From NCBI RefSeq assembly GCF_030028105.1, contig NC_092382.1, positions 100,208,699 to 100,272,698 on the forward strand: DNA of 64,000 bases, in the 5' to 3' direction. The position numbers and the translations under genes are program-made. The DNA comes from Mobula birostris (Eukaryota). Under the pieces are notes generated by a model, which did not search any database, had not been told where the DNA came from, and worked only from the letters and a program-made list of their open reading frames with translations. Of the stretch, positions 10,045 through 23,145 are shown one piece after another. Within the stretch, counting starts at the first letter, position 1. Each line of letters opens with the position of its first letter.

Positions 10045-10322
10045 GACATATTATAATTTGCTGATGACATCACTGACGTTGGCCCAATCAGAGGTGGTAA
10101 TGAATCAGCATTTTGATGGCCATTGGAAATCCGTTTGAATGGTGCCCCAACACAAACACCTCACTCAATGTCATCAAAGCCAATGAGGAGATGATTGACC
10201 ACAGGAGGAGGAAACTGGAGTTCTGTGAGCCACAGCATATCAGGAGATCAGACGTGGAGAGAGTCTGCAACAGGAAATTCCTCCATATTGTAATTTCAGT
10301 GGATCTGTCCTGCCTCCAACAC
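10045..10322 (+). mobile_element. Rex1/Babar-type LINE RT fragment (copies ~21764, ~33366, ~37650)
   Basis: FADDITDVGPI..NTNTSLNVIKANEEMID homology. Confidence 0.7.
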
Positions 10323-11387
10323 CTGAGTGCCTTTATATTGAAGACCCTGTCTCGCATCTTACCGCTTCTCAGCTGCCATCACCTCATCCTGGGCCTCCCC
10401 TCCTCTCCTTTCCGATATGGTCCACTCTCCTCTCCTATCAGATTTATTCCCCTGTATCCCTTTATCATTCGTCCCACCTGGCTTCACCTATCACCTCTAG
10501 CTATCCTCCGAACCCTCCAGACACCTTTTGAATTTTGGCGTCTTTTCCCTTTCACTGAAGAGTGGTGTCGGCCGGAGAAGTCGACGGATTACCCATTCCC
10601 ATAGATGCTGCATAACCTGATCAGTTCCGCCAGTATGTTCTATGTGCTGCTTAAAAGGGAATATCAGGGCGCACAGGCAGATAGTTAGGTGGTTAGGAAG
10701 ACCGGACTGACTGACAGAGCGACCGATTGCTGAGTGGGACAACCAGAAAGAACAGAGAGTAAGTCAGCGAGAAATGGGTTAAAACATCTGGGAGTAAGGG
10801 AGCGAAGGATCGTAGAGAATGGAGGATGTTCGTTCAGGGAAGTGATGACAAATCCAACACTGGAAGATGGAAAGCTACCTTCAGAAAACTACCAGGGCAG
10901 AGAAGCGACTTTAACGAGCTTGGCGGGTGGGGGCGGCGTGGTGACGGAACTAGGAGATGTAAGACCCCACCCACACCACACGCTCACACATCCTCCCTTT
11001 CCCATCGGTCTGAAGACGCAGAAGACTGAAAGCAGCTCCCAGCAGGCGCAGGACAGCCTCAACCCCGACGTTATCAAACTATTGATCCATCAGATGGACG
11101 CTTGACCTCACAGTGACCCTGGCCCGCCTGCACTGCGCTCCTTCCGTAATTACAATACTTTAGTCTGCATTCCGTTATCGTTTCAACTTACTCTACCTTG
11201 TTTTAGAGAGAGTACGGTTTAATCTCTATGAAACATATGAAAGACTGTTTGTTTTATTTGTGTTGGCAGATGTGAAAACAGAAACTAATTTAACTGCTCG
11301 CGGCAAAACGCTCAGAAATACCGCCCCCGATTGACAGCCGAGGCACCTGCAGCCCAGCTGGGAAATTTGACTGGGTTGAACGCCGAG

Positions 11388-11426
11388 TGTTTTTGTAGAG
11401 CGACGCCCGGTCTTTGCGTCACTGTG
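11388..11426 (-). other. 23-RSS of B-1
   Basis: Minus strand CACAGTG + 23 nt + ACAAAAACA. Confidence 0.95.
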
Positions 11427-12396
11427 AAGACTCCAGGCGCAGAAGTAGACGGCCGACTGGTTCACCCGCTGGAGGGTGGACTTCAGATGGAACTGATTGC
11501 CGCTCACTCTCTGCGAGGTGAACCCGTTCACCGAGACCTTCGGGTCGACGTGCTTGCTGTTCAGGGAGTAAAACAGGATATGGAGCTCCCTGCCGGCCTG
11601 CTGTCTGTACCAGTACATCCTGTCGTCGCTGCTGTCCACGGTGCAACTCAGCTCGATCTCTTCCCCGGGCCGTCCCGACACGGCCGCCGGGCTCTGGTCA
11701 ACGGTCACCGAGCCGACACCTGGAAAGGAAAGGGGCAGGTGCAGACTGTCAGCAAGGAAGGAGAGTCTGGAAAACGGTGAAAGATAGAATGCAGATCTAC
11801 CGAAAGAAGCAGAGGGGGGCGAGTGAACGGGAAGGGAAGAGAGGGGGAGGAGAGAGTTAGAGAGGCAGAGAGAGCGTCAGTGTGAGAGAGAGTGTAGCAG
11901 AGCGGGTAGTGAGACTCTAAAGACCACAAACAGGGAGAGGAATGGGAAAATGTAACATGGAGAGATACAGGAGAGAGCAGATGTGTACGGATGGAGGTTA
12001 AAAGAGAGGGGGACAGACAGAGAGAATCGAAGGGAATATTGAGAAAGTAGATAAAGGTAGAATAACAAGATGCCAAAAAATAGGGCTGGACGAGTTAACA
12101 AGAGAGAAAAGAGAGGAAGAGACCGGAGGGTATACAAAAGAGCGTTTGATGGAGAGAATAGAGAGAGTTAGATAGAGTGTGTAGGAGAGAGGACGGATGG
12201 ACGGAGCGAGTAAAGATGCAATCGAGATCACGCTAGCCGTACTGCGGACGGAGAGAAGACATGAATCGAATTCGTGATCTGAAAATAATAGCGATCAAGA
12301 AAACCCCGCAAAAGCGAAAAAGAGGAAGAACAGAAACGCGGTTGTAAATATTAATTTACATTCAAACCCGAGCACGACTGACAGTAACAGTAACAT
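11427..12396 (-). CDS. TRBV: Inverted TCR-beta-like V gene segment, family B copy 1 (leader 12396-12360, V exon 11719-11427)
   Basis: Minus strand leader MLLLLSVVLGFE+T|GTAAAT; acceptor CCTTTCCAG; CVGS-VTVDQSPAAVSGRPGEEIELSC..WYRQ..YFCAWSL open. Confidence 0.9.
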
Positions 12397-12486
12397 CGCT
12401 TTTTGGGGTCAGAAGCGGGACCAGAGGAGGACTGACTGAACGGTCCGTTTTACATGTGCGCTTGCGGATGCAGCTGGCTGGACGCG

Positions 12487-12589
12487 CACGTGACTACAAT
12501 CAACCAATCAGTAGCGATATGCAAATCCTTGAGCGTTTCGTCATCCCTGTCAGATATTATTTGTGGAGAATAACTTTAGTTATGCAAAT
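12487..12589 (-). promoter_or_regulatory. Octamer promoter of B-1 (E-box, CCAAT, two octamers)
   Basis: CACGTG 12487-12492, CCAAT 12504-12508, ATGCAAAT 12519-12526 and 12582-12589 (ATTTGCAT on the gene strand), 123-186 nt upstream of the ATG. Confidence 0.7.
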
Positions 12590-12590
12590 C

Positions 12591-12595
<5 letters not shown>

Positions 12596-12627
<32 letters not shown>
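12596..12627. repeat. (CT)n microsatellite beside the B promoter (copies ~24315 and ~40199, the latter longer)
   Basis: Seen directly. Confidence 0.95.
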
Positions 12628-12630
<3 letters not shown>

Positions 12631-14345
12631 GCTCTCTCTCTCTCTCCTCCCCACCCACCACACTCAGATTTTCATTTTCCTTTTTCCCAATCTATCTACT
12701 TATCTGTCTATCTGTCTGTCTGCCTGTCTATCTATCTACTTGAAATCTCTCAGCTTTTTGAGACTTTCCGGAGACCGAAAACCACCAGTTCCTTTGACCT
12801 TCCTAACTTCCTGAACGATATACGACGAACCGAGTTTGGCTGTCAACATCCGATTCGGTAAAAAGTAATTTGTGGTTTTCTGCAATGCAAAATTCTCTCT
12901 CCCTTTCTCTCTGTCTCTCTCAAGCTCTCCCTCTCATTCATCCACTCATCCTCTGTCAGTTTATCTGCCGACCCTCGAGCACCCACACGCAGCTCCTCTC
13001 TATCTGTTTCCTCTGCACACCTGGTTTCTGCCTTTCTGACTTCCATCTTTATCTCTTCCTTTCTCTCTACCCTCACTCTCCTTTCAATCATCCTCTATTG
13101 AACTCCGTCCTCACTTTCCTCCCTCACCTGCTCCTCACTTCTCTCCGTGCATCCGAGGCCACGACCTGTCTGATCTGTCAGGGTCACAGTGAAACCGAGC
13201 GGTGCGGCGAGAGAAACGGAAAGATCAGGCGCAGGGCCGTGGCGCTACCGATGACGTCACAGTCCCGCGTCCCGATCTCTGCCGTTCCACTTGCCGCCGG
13301 TGCCTCATATCCGGCCTTCTAATGTTTTATACCCCACAGTCGGCGATGGTGCCAGAGCTCAGGGGGCCCTCAGCAGATCATTCAATTTGCGGAGAGTGGG
13401 TATGATTTGCCAGTGAAGACAGAGGCTCTTCAACTATAACGGTTCAGAGTTGACCTTTGCACTCTCTATCCCCTCCCACCCCGCCCCTTGGCCCTCTGTC
13501 TTTATCTCTATATAGTTATTTCTCTGTATTTGTTTGTAGCTACGGCTGTGTCGCTGAGTCTGTGTCAGTTTCCGAGATGAGCAAACAGACAGGCGGCGGA
13601 GCAGAATGAGAAACACACAGATTTTCTCGATAAGTACCCGAGCCCTCTGTGTACGAGAGTTAGAGACATAAGGAGAAGGGCGGGGAGGGTCAATGAAAAG
13701 ACACCTCTCGGCGTCCAAATGTGCAGCGCACGCCAGAGAATGTTGGGTGCATCGATGGACAGTGGGACTGGGGGGTATGAGAAAAGGACACATATTATGA
13801 CGGGCCGTGCTGAGGGAGCAGAGGGACCTTGGTGTACAAGCGTAAGACACACACCGTGAACGGTGTGAAGTGTCGAGAGACAGAGGAACCACGGTGTAGA
13901 AGGACCATGGACACACCATAAATGGTGGGGAGAGTCAGGTGACAGAGGGTCCTCTGGTTGTAAAGTTAGGACTCGCGCTATGAAGGTTGGAAAGTGTCCA
14001 GACACAGTGCGGGGGGGTGGTGGCGGGGGCTCAGTGAACAAGAAGAGCAGACATGTTAGTATTGGAGAGAGGGGGTATATCGAGGCGCAGATCTATGTCA
14101 GTTTATAATGGTAGGAGAAATTATATGAATGCTGGGGAATATTATCGCTCGGAGGGATGTCGATTTACAACTCTATGGCTACAGAGGAACAGTAGTTCTC
14201 GCATACGCTGTCTTCTTCCTCCACTCCCCCTTCATATTTGTCCCTGTTCCTCACACCGTTCCTTTTCACCAGCAGATCATTCCTCCTCCAGCACACAAAT
14301 TATAACGAAGATGCTGTGACCCGCCAGTCGACAGCTGATTTCGGT

Positions 14346-14359
14346 GCGCCATCTGCAGG
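14346..14359 (-). promoter_or_regulatory. Candidate CTCF site upstream of A1-2
   Basis: Minus strand CCTGCAGATGGCGC. Confidence 0.6.
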
Positions 14360-15172
14360 TCAGTTGATGAATGACGGCTCTCAGGGGTATCCGCGGAGAT
14401 CAGCGCCCTGTGGTCGGCCCCAGTATTCAGTCCCACCTTCTTTCTTCGTGCGCACCGCTACTCTTCATGGTCGGTCAGATTCCGACATGAGAGTCTCAGA
14501 GACGAACAGATGGAGGGATGCAGTGAGAAAAAGGTGAATAAGCAGTCGGGGAGTGTGTGTATGTCAAGGAAGCGGCGGGCATGAGGAACAGCAAGAAGAA
14601 ACAGGGCAGAAAGATAGTTTTTTCGGTCGCCATTCAGTCCGATCTGAGACAGGTAATTAGGGACATGTCACACCAAAGTGGACAGATAGACAGTCAGTCA
14701 AACAGACCATCAGACGGAGAGTTGTTCTGACAGACAGATAGTTGGATCGATTAAAGGATGGACGGAAAGGCAGACGGGCCAACATAGAGATAGACAAGCA
14801 GACAAAAGCGGTATGTCACATATATGGGGAGGAATGTCCAGTAGGGGAGGGAGTACATCAATTTGCAAGTGTAAAAGGCAATCAAGGAGTGGCAGGACTG
14901 ATATATCAGAGAGCCCGCGTTCAAGGAAGTGAGGACAAACCCGATTGTAAGAGACAGAGAGAGGAGGATATCAGGGGCGGGGAATCGGCGGTGGAATTAA
15001 CACACATCACCACTCCGATTGGATCAGAGAGGAAGGAGGCGTGGCCAATCCAAAATGCGCATGAAGCATTATTTCGCAGAGACTCGTAAGTTCAGAGTGA
15101 AATTGAAGGCAGTAGCGTCTTTGCTGCTCGACACCTCTCTTCCATCACTGAGAAAAGAACCGCTCAACGAAC

Positions 15173-15849
15173 ATGTTGCTGTTGCTGCAACTGATCCTCT
15201 CCTTCCAATGTGAGTGAAATGTGCCAAATATTTATCTATTATTCTCGCTTTCTTTTCTCATTTGCCTCACGATCTAACCCATCGAAATGGATTGTTCTTC
15301 GTTCCATTCCAACTGTGTCCACAATTCAATTTCCCCCAGCCTTGAATCTACCTTATTCCTTCGCTCTCAATTGCCCGGTATCCATGTTTATTCACCCCGT
15401 TCCGCTCTCTTATCAGATGACGTCTCGGTGACGTCCTTCCATCGATCTCTTCTTATCCTTCCATTCAGCTTCGTCCCCACCCCAACGTCGCAATTACGAC
15501 ATGAACCGCGTTTATTCACACTCTTCCCCTTTCCGTCTCTTTTCCAGATGCCAACGCGGTGACGATCCACCAGATCCCGGCATTTTCCGGACGTCCCGGA
15601 GAGGCCGTGGTGCTGGAATGCACGATAGAGGGTAGCAGCAGCGGCAGTGATGATACTCTCCTCTGGTACAGACAATACCGGGGAAACGGACCGCAGGCCC
15701 TTTTCACCTCCAGCATGGCCAAATACGTGCAACCGCCGGACGGAGTGGACGGCTTCACTGCAGAGAGACCGAAGAGCAACAAGTTCTATCTGAAGTCCTC
15801 TGGCCTCCAGGCGAATTCGTCGGCCGTGTATTTCTGCGCCTGGAAATAT
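15173..15849 (+). CDS. TRBV: V gene segment A1 copy 2 (leader 15173-15209, V exon 15548-15849)
   Basis: Leader MLLLLQLILSFQ; V translation identical to A1-1. Confidence 0.9.
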
Positions 15850-15888
15850 CACGGCGCCTCAGAGAGACGGAGACGCCGAACAAAAACC
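15850..15888 (+). other. 23-RSS of A1-2
   Basis: CACGGCG + 23 nt + ACAAAAACC. Confidence 0.93.
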
Positions 15889-18800
15889 TCACAGTGTGAG
15901 TGGGTTTGGCTGTCGTCAGCTGCGGAGGGTATACGTCACAGGTCGACACCTGACTACTGACGTCACCGCGCTTGGCGCCACGTAGCCAATGGGAAAATAA
16001 TATTGAGACAAAGCATCGAGGTAATGTCCGGAGTCGGAATGGGGCACCGAGTGCCACGAAATTGCAGCTGTTAATTCCATCCTCTCGCCGTAGATTTACA
16101 TTTCCCTGTCACTTCAGAGTCACAGACAGCCGAATAAACCACTATAACAAGATATTCACACTTTGTCCTCCCCCAATCCTAAAACAGCGTCCCATTCAGT
16201 GTCACACAGAGATGGAATTAGCAACAGAAGCCTATCGAACACAGGAACTTGCCCAGTCCGACTTGCGGGCCGAGAGGAGAATTTGTACCTGAGCCTGTTT
16301 ACTGGAGAGATCACCGATATCTCTGAGCCCTCGAGTCGGCAGTCTGCGAAACCCATTTGCTCCGAATAGGTTTTAATTTTACGGGCACCCGAGAAGAACT
16401 GATAACCTGCCTCGATGACTGTCGTCCAGCAGGTCGCACGTCCATCGGGATGAAGCGCTTTGAGGGGTTGGTGATGAAATACATGAACGATTTATCTCCA
16501 CTCCAGCTTGTCTGCCCTTGGACCAGGTCTACAGCTGACGTCATTTTATTGGCTCCTCCCTCAACTCTGGAACATCTGGACAGGGCAGATGCTCACGTCA
16601 AGATGCGCTTCTCTCGCTAGAGCTCTCTATTCAATACCATCATCCCCTCAAAAATAAGCAACAAGCCTCATTCCCTTAGCCTCAAGAGCTGATTGCGCAA
16701 TTGAATGATTGAATTACTCACTCGTAGACACCAGTCAGTTCCGATTCGCCACGTTTACTCCAGAATCACCATCAGCAGAGCCGCAGCAACACGCAGTTTG
16801 TCTGGAAGCCTGTCTTCCCTCTTTGCTTTTTATATAATGACAGTGAAACTCCAGTGCAATTCCAATGCCGTATTTAAATCGGCTGATGACACCGCTGACG
16901 TTGGCCGTATCGCAGGTTGGCCCGAATCAGCGTACAGGACGGCGATTGGACACCGTCTGAATGGTCCCAGCACAACAACATCTCACCCAATGTAATCATA
17001 ATCAGAGAGGTGATTATTGACTACAGGGCTGTGGAAAGTGGAGTTCCATGAGCCAGAGATCATCAGGAGATCAGTGGTGGAGAGGACCTGCAGATAGTAA
17101 ATCGCTCAGTATTATCATCTGTGCAGATCTGTCCTGCGACCAGATATACAGTTCTCTGAATTGTACCAATGAAGCTTTATTGTTCTGTCTGTTACTGACC
17201 AGTCCCTCATATTTCACTTCTGTTTCTTTCTCGATGGTTTACCAGACTGCATGGACGCAGGCTGTTGCAGACGAAGCATTTGTTACACTGGACAGCTCTG
17301 CGAAGGATTACCTGACCCACTTGATCTGATTCAGCAAAGTCAATTGCCCTTCCTGTTCCATCCTCCAAGACTCTTCTACGAGAGAATCCGGTTTCTGCTT
17401 GGCAAAGGCAGTGATGGTCTGTCTGACAGCAAGTAATTGAAGCTTTTACATTCTCTAGAGTATCTATTTATCAATATTTCTGACGTATTAATGATATGTA
17501 TAAGTACAAAGTTATCACTGTTTAATATAATTACAGGAATCATCCGACTTTTCTGCAGTTAAGTCAATCCCACAATTTTCTTTCCATTAGGCTCCCCCTG
17601 TATCCTCTATTCTACTAGTCTTCTTGTTTTCCTCTGTAAAACATTAGCTTACAGAGTTATTTCCATAAATCATTTTATTTGTTCTAACCTGCCATTAGAA
17701 AAAATACTCTGTTGGCCTTTCAGCTGCTGATCACCTCTCCCATGGTTGCCTCCTCGTCCTCTTTGTCTTATGGTCGGCTCTCCTCTCCTATCTTCCTCTC
17801 CAGCCCCATATCCTCTTATCCACCCGGCTTCACCCATCACCCTCTTGCTATCCTCCTTCTACTTCCCCCCTCCCCCATCTTTTTATTCTGGCATCATCCA
17901 ACTTCCCCTCCAGACCTGAAGAAGTGTTCGGCCCGGATGGTCGACAGTACGTGCCAGGATGCGGGCAGCCTCAGGCTGGAGGAGCAATAACTTTTATTTC
18001 GGCCGTGTAGCCTGCAACCAGAACGCATGAATATCGATTACTCCTTCCACCCAACCTGCTCTGACCTCCACTCTGACCTTTCACCTCTTCTCACCTTCCT
18101 TTCACTGCTCTCGAAATGCCTTCCTCCTACCCTGTCCACTATGGTCCACTCTGCTCTCCTATCAAATGCAATCACGCCAGACCTTCGTCTTTCATATACA
18201 CCTGGCTTAACCCTCTGCCCAACTTTTATCCCGGTCCGAAATATGGACTGTTCATTCATTTCCGCAGAAGATGTCTGACCTCCAGCGTTTTATGTGTGTT
18301 GTCTAAAAATAGATATCTGCGCACACGGGCAGATGGGTAGAAAGTCAGACGGACTGGACTGACTGACAGAGGGAGTGGTCGCTGAGTCGGACAAGGCGAA
18401 GCCATCTAGTAAACCGCAGGTCTTTGGCATTTGGGAGGAAACCGGAGCACCGCAGGGAAAGCTGCACCGTGACGGGAAAATCCCACAAACTCAGCACGAA
18501 CAGCGTAGGAAATAGAACCCGCGTCGCTGGTGCTGTCAGCGTTAGGCTACGTTGGCGCCCTAATTTCTCCTCTCTTCCTTCTTTCTGTCCCCTGCACTGC
18601 AAGTCTACCCCCATGTATCTCATTCCTCTCCCTATCTGCACTCACTCCTCCTGACTTGCTCTCCTCCCTCTATCTCTCTTCACACTCTTCCCCGAAGTCT
18701 TATTCATTCTCCCTCCAGTTCTTCTCTCAGCTCTCTCACATCTCTACACGTCTACGCCTCTTCATCATTCCCCCTTTCCTCAATACCTTCTGTCTCTCAC

Positions 18801-19213
18801 TGTTCTGTCCATTGCGACTCTCTGATTCTTATTCCCCAAATCGTCTACGCTCAGTCTCGGTTTCCCTCCTTTTTCTCGCCCTCTCTGCCGAATCTTTTAA
18901 TGTCGTCCCGAAAAATGGACTCTTCATTCATTTCTATAGCTGCTGACTGGCCTGCTGATTTCTCCAGGAGTGTGTGGAAAGAGAGGGGGTGGAGAGAGGG
19001 AAACAGGGAGGAAGAGATAGAGATTGGTGAGAGAGAGAGGGCGAGAGAGGGGGGAGAGAGAGTGAGATGGAGAGAGAGAGAAAGAGAAGGGAGAGAAGGA
19101 AACGGGGGAGGGGGGAGATAGAGAGAATGCCATGTTATAAGGAAGGAAAGGGGAGGAGGAAGGCGAGGAAAGCCTGTCGGGGTTGGGGGGGGGGCATAGA
19201 GAGAGAGAGAGAA

Positions 19214-19264
<51 letters not shown>

Positions 19265-19654
19265 CGGAGAGGCAGATGGAGAATGGAGAGCGTGAGAGGT
19301 AGAACGGGGGTTCGAAGGCACAGCAGTTTCTCACGATGTTACTGGGGTGCTCCGATAACGAGTCTTATTACATGCATGAGAATACATCACGGAGAGGAGA
19401 TAGAAGTACAGAAATCTACCAGGATAGAGGAGCGACTGCAACGAGCTTGGGGGAGGGGGGTGGTGGGGGAGGTGCGGGGATTCGGCGGTGCGATTGATAC
19501 AGGTCTGCTTTCCGATTGGGCAGAGTGGATGTGGGCGTGGCCTATCCTAACTGCCTATCTCACAGAGATACGTAAGGAGCGAAATGAAAGGCAAAAAATT
19601 CACCGCTGCAATTCTCACCTCTGCCATTACTGAGAGAAGAAACGCCCCACCAAC

Positions 19655-19691
19655 ATGTTGCTGTTCCTGCAACTGATCCTCTCCATTCAGC
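19655..19691 (+). pseudogene. Orphan V leader exon, copy 2
   Basis: Same sequence as 7937-7973. Confidence 0.8.
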
Positions 19692-20095
19692 GTGAGTGAA
19701 ACTTGCAAATATTTATTTTAGTTTTCTCTCTTTCGTCGCCCATTTCCCTGAGTGATCTAACCCGTGTATACTAACTAGTGTCATTCTTACTCCAACTTAG
19801 ACCGCAATTCCTATTCAACACTATTCATTCTCCTTCTTTATCTCTCTCCGTTAGAAGTCCCCACTCTTCAATCGCTCTCATTGTCTCATTCTCCTCCACT
19901 GCCCCAGGTCCAAGTTGATTCACCCCACCGCGCTTTTCCGATGCCTTCTGTTCACCTTCCTTCCCCACTTCCCCAAACGGCCTGTCGTCGTTTGAAGGGG
20001 AAACGCGTCGCCCGGCGACAGCCGATCATTCCACCCTCAGCACACAAATCGGAAACGACGATGCCGTGACCCGCCAGTCGACAGCTGGTTTCGCT

Positions 20096-20109
20096 GCGCC
20101 ATCTGCAGG
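20096..20109 (-). promoter_or_regulatory. Candidate CTCF site upstream of A2-2
   Basis: Minus strand CCTGCAGATGGCGC. Confidence 0.6.
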
Positions 20110-20931
20110 TCAACTGTGGAATGACGGATCTCAGGGGTATCCGCGGAGATCAGGGCGCTGTGGTCGGCCCCAGTATTCAGTCCCATCTCCTTTCTTCATG
20201 CGCACCGCTACTCTTCATGGTCAGTCAGTTACCGAGATCAGAGTCTCAGAGACAAACAGATGGACGGATGCAGAGAGAAAGAGGTGAATAAACAGTTGGG
20301 GAGAGTGTGTATGTCAAGGAAGCGGCGGGCATGAGGAACAGCAAGAAGGAACAGGGCAGGAAGCGAGTTTTCTTCGGTCGCCATTCAGTCTGATTTGAGA
20401 CGGGTAATTAGGGACATCTCAGACGACATTGGGCAGATAGACAGTCAGTCAAACAGACAATTATACGGACAGTTATTCTGCAAGACAGATAGTTGGATCG
20501 ATTAAAGGATGGACGGAAAGGCAGACGGGCCAACATAGAGATAGACAAGCAGACAAAAGCGGTATGTCACATATATGGGGAGGAATGTCCAGTAGGGGAG
20601 GGAGTACATCAATTTACAAGTGTAAAAAGCAATCAAGGAGTGGCAGGACTGATATCTCAGAGAGCCCGCGTTCAAGAAAATGAGGACAAACCCGATTGTA
20701 AGAGACAGAGAGAGGAGTTTGGAAGGATATCAGGGGCGGGGAATCGGCGGTGGAATTAACACACATCACCACTCCGATTGGATCAGAGAGGAAGGAGGCG
20801 TGGCCAATCCAAAATGCGCATGAAGCATTATTTCACAGAGACTCGTAAGTTCAGAGTGAAATTGAAGTCAGTAGCGTCATTGCTGCTGGACACATCTCTT
20901 CCATCACTGAGAAAAGAACCGCCCAAAAAAC

Positions 20932-21607
20932 ATGTTTCTGTTGCTGCAACTGATCCTCTCCTTCCACTGTGAGTGAAATGTGCCAAATATTTATCTATTA
21001 TTCTCGCTTTCTTTTCTCATTTGCCTCGCGATCTAACCCATCGAAATGGATTGTTCTTCGCTCCATTCCAACTGTGTCCACAATTCAATTTCCCCCAGCC
21101 TTGAATCTACTTTTTCGCTTCATTCTCAGTTGCCCCCGGTATCCATGTTTATTCACCCCGTTCTGCTCTTTTATCAGATGACGTCTCGGTGACGCCCTTC
21201 CATCTATCTCTTCTTATCCTTCCATTCAACTTCGTCCCCACCTCAACGTCGCAATTACTCCATGAACCGCGTTTATTCACACTCTTCCCCTTCCCGTCTC
21301 TTTTCCAGATGCCAACGCCGTGACGATCCACCAGACCGCGGCATTTTCCGCCCGTCCCGGCGAGGCCCTGGTGCTGGAATGCACGATAGAGGGTAGCAGC
21401 AGCGGCGGTGATTATCTCCTCTGGTACAGACAATACTGGGGAAACGGACCCCAGGCCATTTTCTCCTCCAGCATAGCCGACTCCGTGCAGTCCGTGGCCC
21501 CAGTGGTCGGCTTCACGGCGGAGAGACCGAGTAGCAGCAAGTTCTATTTGAAGTCCTCCAGCCTCCAGGCAAATTCGTCGGCCGTGTATTTCTGCGCCTG
21601 GAGATAT
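20932..21607 (+). CDS. TRBV: V gene segment A2 copy 2 (leader 20932-20968, V exon 21309-21607)
   Basis: Leader MFLLLQLILSFH; V translation identical to A2-1. Confidence 0.9.
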
Positions 21608-21646
21608 CACGGCGACTCAGAGAGACGGAGACGCCGAACAAAAACC
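21608..21646 (+). other. 23-RSS of A2-2
   Basis: CACGGCG + 23 nt + ACAAAAACC. Confidence 0.93.
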
Positions 21647-23106
21647 TTACAGTGTTTGTGGGGTTGGCTGTCGTCAGTAGCGGAGGGTATGCGTCGCCTG
21701 TTGACACCTGGCAACTGACGTCTTCGCGCTTGGCTGCTTGTTCTACTTGCTTTGTGTACTAAAGACATATTATAATTTGCTGATGACATCACTGACGTTG
21801 GCCCAATCAGAGGTGGTAATGAATCAGCATTTTGATGGCCATTGGAAATCCGTTTGAATGGTGCCCCAACACAAACACCTCACTCAATGTCATCAAAGCC
21901 AATGAGGAGATGATTGACCACAGGAGGAGGAAACTGGAGTTCTGTGAGCCACAGCATATCAGGAGATCAGACGTGGAGAGAGTCTGCAACAGGAAATTCC
22001 TCCATATTGTAATTTCAGTGGATCTGTCCTGCCTCCAACACCTGAGTGCCTTTATATTGAAGACCCTGTCTCGCATCTTACCGCTTCTCAGCTGCCATCA
22101 CCTCATCCTGGGCCTCCCCTCCTCTCCTTTCCGATATGGTCCACTCTCCTCTCCTATCAGATTTATTCCCCTGTATCCCTTTATCATTCGTCCCACCTGG
22201 CTTCACCTATCACCTCTAGCTATCCTCCGAACCCTCCAGACACCTTTTGAATTTTGGCGTCTTTTCCCTTTCACTGAAGAGTGGTGTCGGCCGGAGAAGT
22301 CGACGGATTACCCATTCCCATAGATGCTGCATAACCTGATCAGTTCCGCCAGTATGTTCTATGTGCTGCTTAAAAGGGAATATCAGGGCGCACAGGCAGA
22401 TAGTTAGGTGGTTAGGAAGACCGGACTGACTGACAGAGCGACCGATTGCTGAGTGGGACAACCAGAAAGAACAGAGAGTAAGTCAGCGAGAAATGGGTTA
22501 AAACATCTGGGAGTAAGGGAGCGAAGGATCGTAGAGAATGGAGGATGTTCATTCAGGGAAGTGATGACAAATCCAACACTGGAAGATGGAAAGCTACCTT
22601 CAGAAAACTACCAGGGCAGAGAAGCGACTTTAACGAGCTTGGCGGGTGGGGGCGGCGTGGTGACGGAACTAGGAGATGTAAGACCCCACCCACACCACAC
22701 GCTCACACATCCTCCCTTTCCCATCGGTCTGAAGACGCAGAAGACTGAAAGCAGCTCCCAGCAGGCGCAGGACAGCCTCAACCCCGACGTTATCAAACTA
22801 TTGATCCATCAGATGGACGCTTGACCTCACAGTGACCCTGGCCCGCCTGCACTGCGCTCCTTCCGTAATTACAATACTTTAGTCTGCATTCCGTTATCGT
22901 TTCAACTTACTCTACCTTGTTTTAGAGAGAGTACGGTTTAATCTCTATGAAACATATGAAAGACTGTTTGTTTTATTTGTGTTGGCAGATGTGAAAACAG
23001 AAACTAATTTAACTGCTCGCGGCAAAACGCTCAGAAATACCGCCCCCGATTGACAGCCGAGGCACCTGCAGCCCAGCTGGGAAATTTGACTGGGTTGAAC
23101 GCCGAG

Positions 23107-23145
23107 TGTTTTTGTAGAGCGACGCCCGGTCTTTGCGTCACTGTG
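23107..23145 (-). other. 23-RSS of B-2
   Basis: Minus strand CACAGTG + 23 nt + ACAAAAACA. Confidence 0.95.

Larger units (their letters stand above)
1727..13452 (+). repeat. Tandem duplication unit 1 (~11.72 kb: A1, orphan leader, A2, inverted B)
   Basis: Features recur at offsets of 11718-11727 nt; many spurious ORFs translate identically between units. Confidence 0.9.

Noticed and set aside
10065-10074. Minus-strand AGTGATGTCA, a perfect match to the mammalian V-beta promoter decamer, 3' of A2
   Set aside because: It lies in the FADD(I/T)T codons of a Rex/Babar LINE RT fragment (GCTGATGACATCACTGACGTTGGC), and unit 3/4 copies read TGACACCAGT; TE-derived coincidence.
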